Shown one piece after another: positions 61,846 to 64,000 of a stretch of DNA of 64,000 nucleotides. This DNA comes from Vicugna vicugna (lineage: Eukaryota), in the NCBI GenBank assembly GCA_013265495.1, contig MU061814.1, positions 6,079,684 through 6,143,683 on the forward strand, written 5' to 3'. A model generated the notes under the pieces. It saw only the letters and a list, made by a program, of their open reading frames with translations, searched no databases and was not told the DNA's origin. Position 1 is the stretch's first letter; each line of letters starts with the position of its first letter. The position numbers and the translations under genes were made by a program.

Positions 61846-61887
61846 CAGCGCCTCCATCCGCCACTCCATAAGCATGCCGGCCATGAG
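61846..61887 (+). CDS. TPD52L2: TPD52L2 alternative 42-nt exon (SASIRHSISMPAMR)
   Basis: gagcag|CAGCGCCTCCATCCGCCACTCCATAAGCATGCCGGCCATGAG|gtaatg; frame-preserving; contains the D52-family RHSISMP motif. Confidence 0.88.
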
Positions 61888-62930
61888 GTAATGTGTGCCC
61901 AACTCCTGAGCCCAGGCAGCCAGTGGAAGTCAGGGGAGCCAGGGGGCGGGGGTCTCCTGCTGGTCCACTTCCCACTCTCTGAACCCCTGCCGGCCTCCTC
62001 TCGGCTGAGGCCTGGGGACGACCCCTTCCAGGCTGCAGAGCTTGTGGAGATGAGGCTGAGAGGAACCATTGTGCCAGACTGGACTCCACCTGGAACTTTC
62101 TAGGGCCAGCCTTGGGGTTGGGCCAGGGAGGGGCAGAGAGGCTTGCACACAGGCTCCTCCCAGGAGCCTTAAGGTGTCTCCACGCCTTTTGTGAAAACTG
62201 GTCTGTATGTGGAGAACACCCAGAGCTGTGGCTGGTTTCTCCTTGAAGTCCCCACCCATGTTCTCCCCTGCTCCAGTGAAGCCTGGATCTTTACAGAGTT
62301 CCCGTCCCTGTTACAGGGGAACCTGCTGCGACGCTGTGCCCCAGAGCCAGCTGGGGGTCCTTGTCAGGCTGCCCCTAGAGGTCTGGAGGGCAGGGAGGCT
62401 CTGAGCCATTGAGGGAAGCTGGTTATATCAGAGGTTGCTGGGAGTGACTGGGGCTGGCCTGCTTTTTCCTCTGTCTCCTTCTCACTCTGCTCCCAGCATT
62501 GTCCTTGGTTTCCCCTTCGCTTGACTTCCGTGAGAGGAACACGTGGGACTTTTCATTACCCCAGTATGTGTGCATCTAGGGCACAGCATAAACGAGCCTG
62601 GCAGCCCACCTGCTGCCCAGTCGGGTCTGCTGTTCGCCCACGAGAAATCTGGGTTTCACTGGCTGGTGGCCTGCAGATCTTCTGTCCTGCAGTTGGTGGG
62701 TGTGGTTGACCTCGGGTCTGACCTGGGAAAGCCTCGGGGGCGACCTTGGCTGGGCTCTGCAGAGGGTGTGCCCTCTTCCCCCTTTTTTTGGCTTGTCCCA
62801 ACGTTGCAGTGAGCTCTCTGGATCTGGCGGGATCTCCAGAGGATGACCCTGACCCTGAGGCCCTTCAGACTTAGGAGGGCAGCACAGCCATCTGCTCCTG
62901 TACCGACATGTCCTTCTTCTCTTTTTAAAG

Positions 62931-62979
62931 GAATTCTGCAACCTTCAAGTCATTTGAAGACCGAGTTGGGACCATAAAG
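62931..62979 (+). CDS. TPD52L2: TPD52L2 penultimate coding exon, 49 nt
   Basis: ttttaaag|GAATTCTG...ATAAAG|gtaaca; encodes NSATFKSFEDRVGTIK. Exons 1-5 plus this one total 525 nt (175 codons); the terminal exon lies beyond the window. Confidence 0.95.
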
Positions 62980-63034
62980 GTAACAGTGCCTGGGCCACCT
63001 GGCCGGCCCTCCTGGTGGGGGTGACCTGTCACTT

Positions 63035-63390
63035 AGGTAAACTCGTTTAGTCAGTGTAGGTGCACGTGCTGTTATGGGAATTGACGCCGAGAGGCCTTGT
63101 TCCTTGTGCACAGATGAAATCCTGCAGTACCACAATCGGGGGTGGCACCGTCACAGTCAGGATAGAGTGCAGTCGTCCCCCCGGCACCCTGTCCCTGCCC
63201 TGCCTCTGGTAACCACTGACCTCTTTCCATTTCTGTAGTTTTTACCTTTTCGAGAACGTTGTGTAAGTGGAACATACAGTGTAGCCTTTTGGGGTTGGCT
63301 CTCTTCACGCTGCTTAATTCCCCAGAGAGACATCCAACCTGTTGCCTGTGTTGGTGACATGCCTTTTATATTGCTAAGCAGTGTCCATGT
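63035..63390 (-). mobile_element. L1M 3' end relic in TPD52L2 intron
   Basis: CTGCCTCTGGTAACCACTGACCTCTTTCCATTTCTGTAGTTTTTACCTTTTCGAGAA...AAGTGGAACATACAGTGTAGCCTTTTGGGGTTGGCTCTCTTCAC. Confidence 0.8.
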
Positions 63391-64000
63391 TACAGAAACT
63401 CAAGTGGAGATTGGAGTTTGAATTCCCAGCACAGGCCTAGGGTTTGCCAGGGCTGCGTGCTCTGTCTCATGTTTTTCTTTCTTGGTCTTTTCCCGTCTGT
63501 AGTCCAAGGTTGTCGGTGGCAGAGAGAATGGCAGTGACAGCCTTCCCTCCCCGTCTGGGAGTGGTGAAAAACCCCTGCCCGATCACACGCCTTTCTAAGC
63601 CCATAGAGGCTTTGCCCGGCCCCAGAACGAGCACACCCTCCTTGCCACAACTGCAGCTTCGCTCAGCGGGGCAGCCAGCCAGGCCGTGGCGAATGCACAG
63701 AACCGGTTTTGAGGACAATCTCGCATCCACATGGGGACGTGGCCGCTGCGCTCACATGGGTTAGAGAACACATCTTGTGTACAGATGCTTTCCACTGGGT
63801 CGGCAGGTGCAGCAGATCACTGTGCCATCCTGCCTTGGGGGCAGGAAGCAGGCAGGGTGGTGGGTCCCAAGGGGTCTAGAGCCAAAGCCCAGCCCTCTTT
63901 GGGAATCTTGTTCGTTGACCAGCCTGCTGAAAGGGTGGTACAGTGATGAGTGTAAAACGCGTGGTGTTTGCTAACCCCTCCCTGAGTCTCAGGAGGAAGG

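Overview
GC-rich mammalian genomic DNA syntenic with human 20q13.33, most likely from a camelid (judged from a recurring tRNA-Ala-derived SINE resembling camelid Vic-1). Three protein-coding genes are present. (1) The 5' part of ZBTB46 on the minus strand: a non-coding exon 1 in a CpG island at ~24.7 kb, a ~20 kb intron 1, and the 970-nt BTB-domain exon at 3959-4928; later exons lie left of the window. (2) The intronless alpha/beta-hydrolase gene ABHD16B on the plus strand (45063-46475). (3) Most of TPD52L2 on the plus strand: 8 coding exons including 27-nt and 42-nt alternative exons; the last exon lies right of the window. The rest is intronic or intergenic DNA with SINEs, MaLR solo LTRs, L1/L2/MIR relics, a palindromic MER53-like MITE and four N gaps in very GC-rich sequence. 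Almost all other ORFs in the track are GC-rich noise. I found no clearly new biological system. The best leads are regulatory or splicing candidates: an in-frame, splice-junction-spanning uORF in ZBTB46; a set of perfect antisense splice donors in ZBTB46 intron 1; a possible unannotated in-frame exon in TPD52L2; neural-microexon and tandem-acceptor signals in TPD52L2; and strong RFX and PAR-bZIP sites. Repeat-family names and comparisons to human or mouse come from recall, not from database searches.
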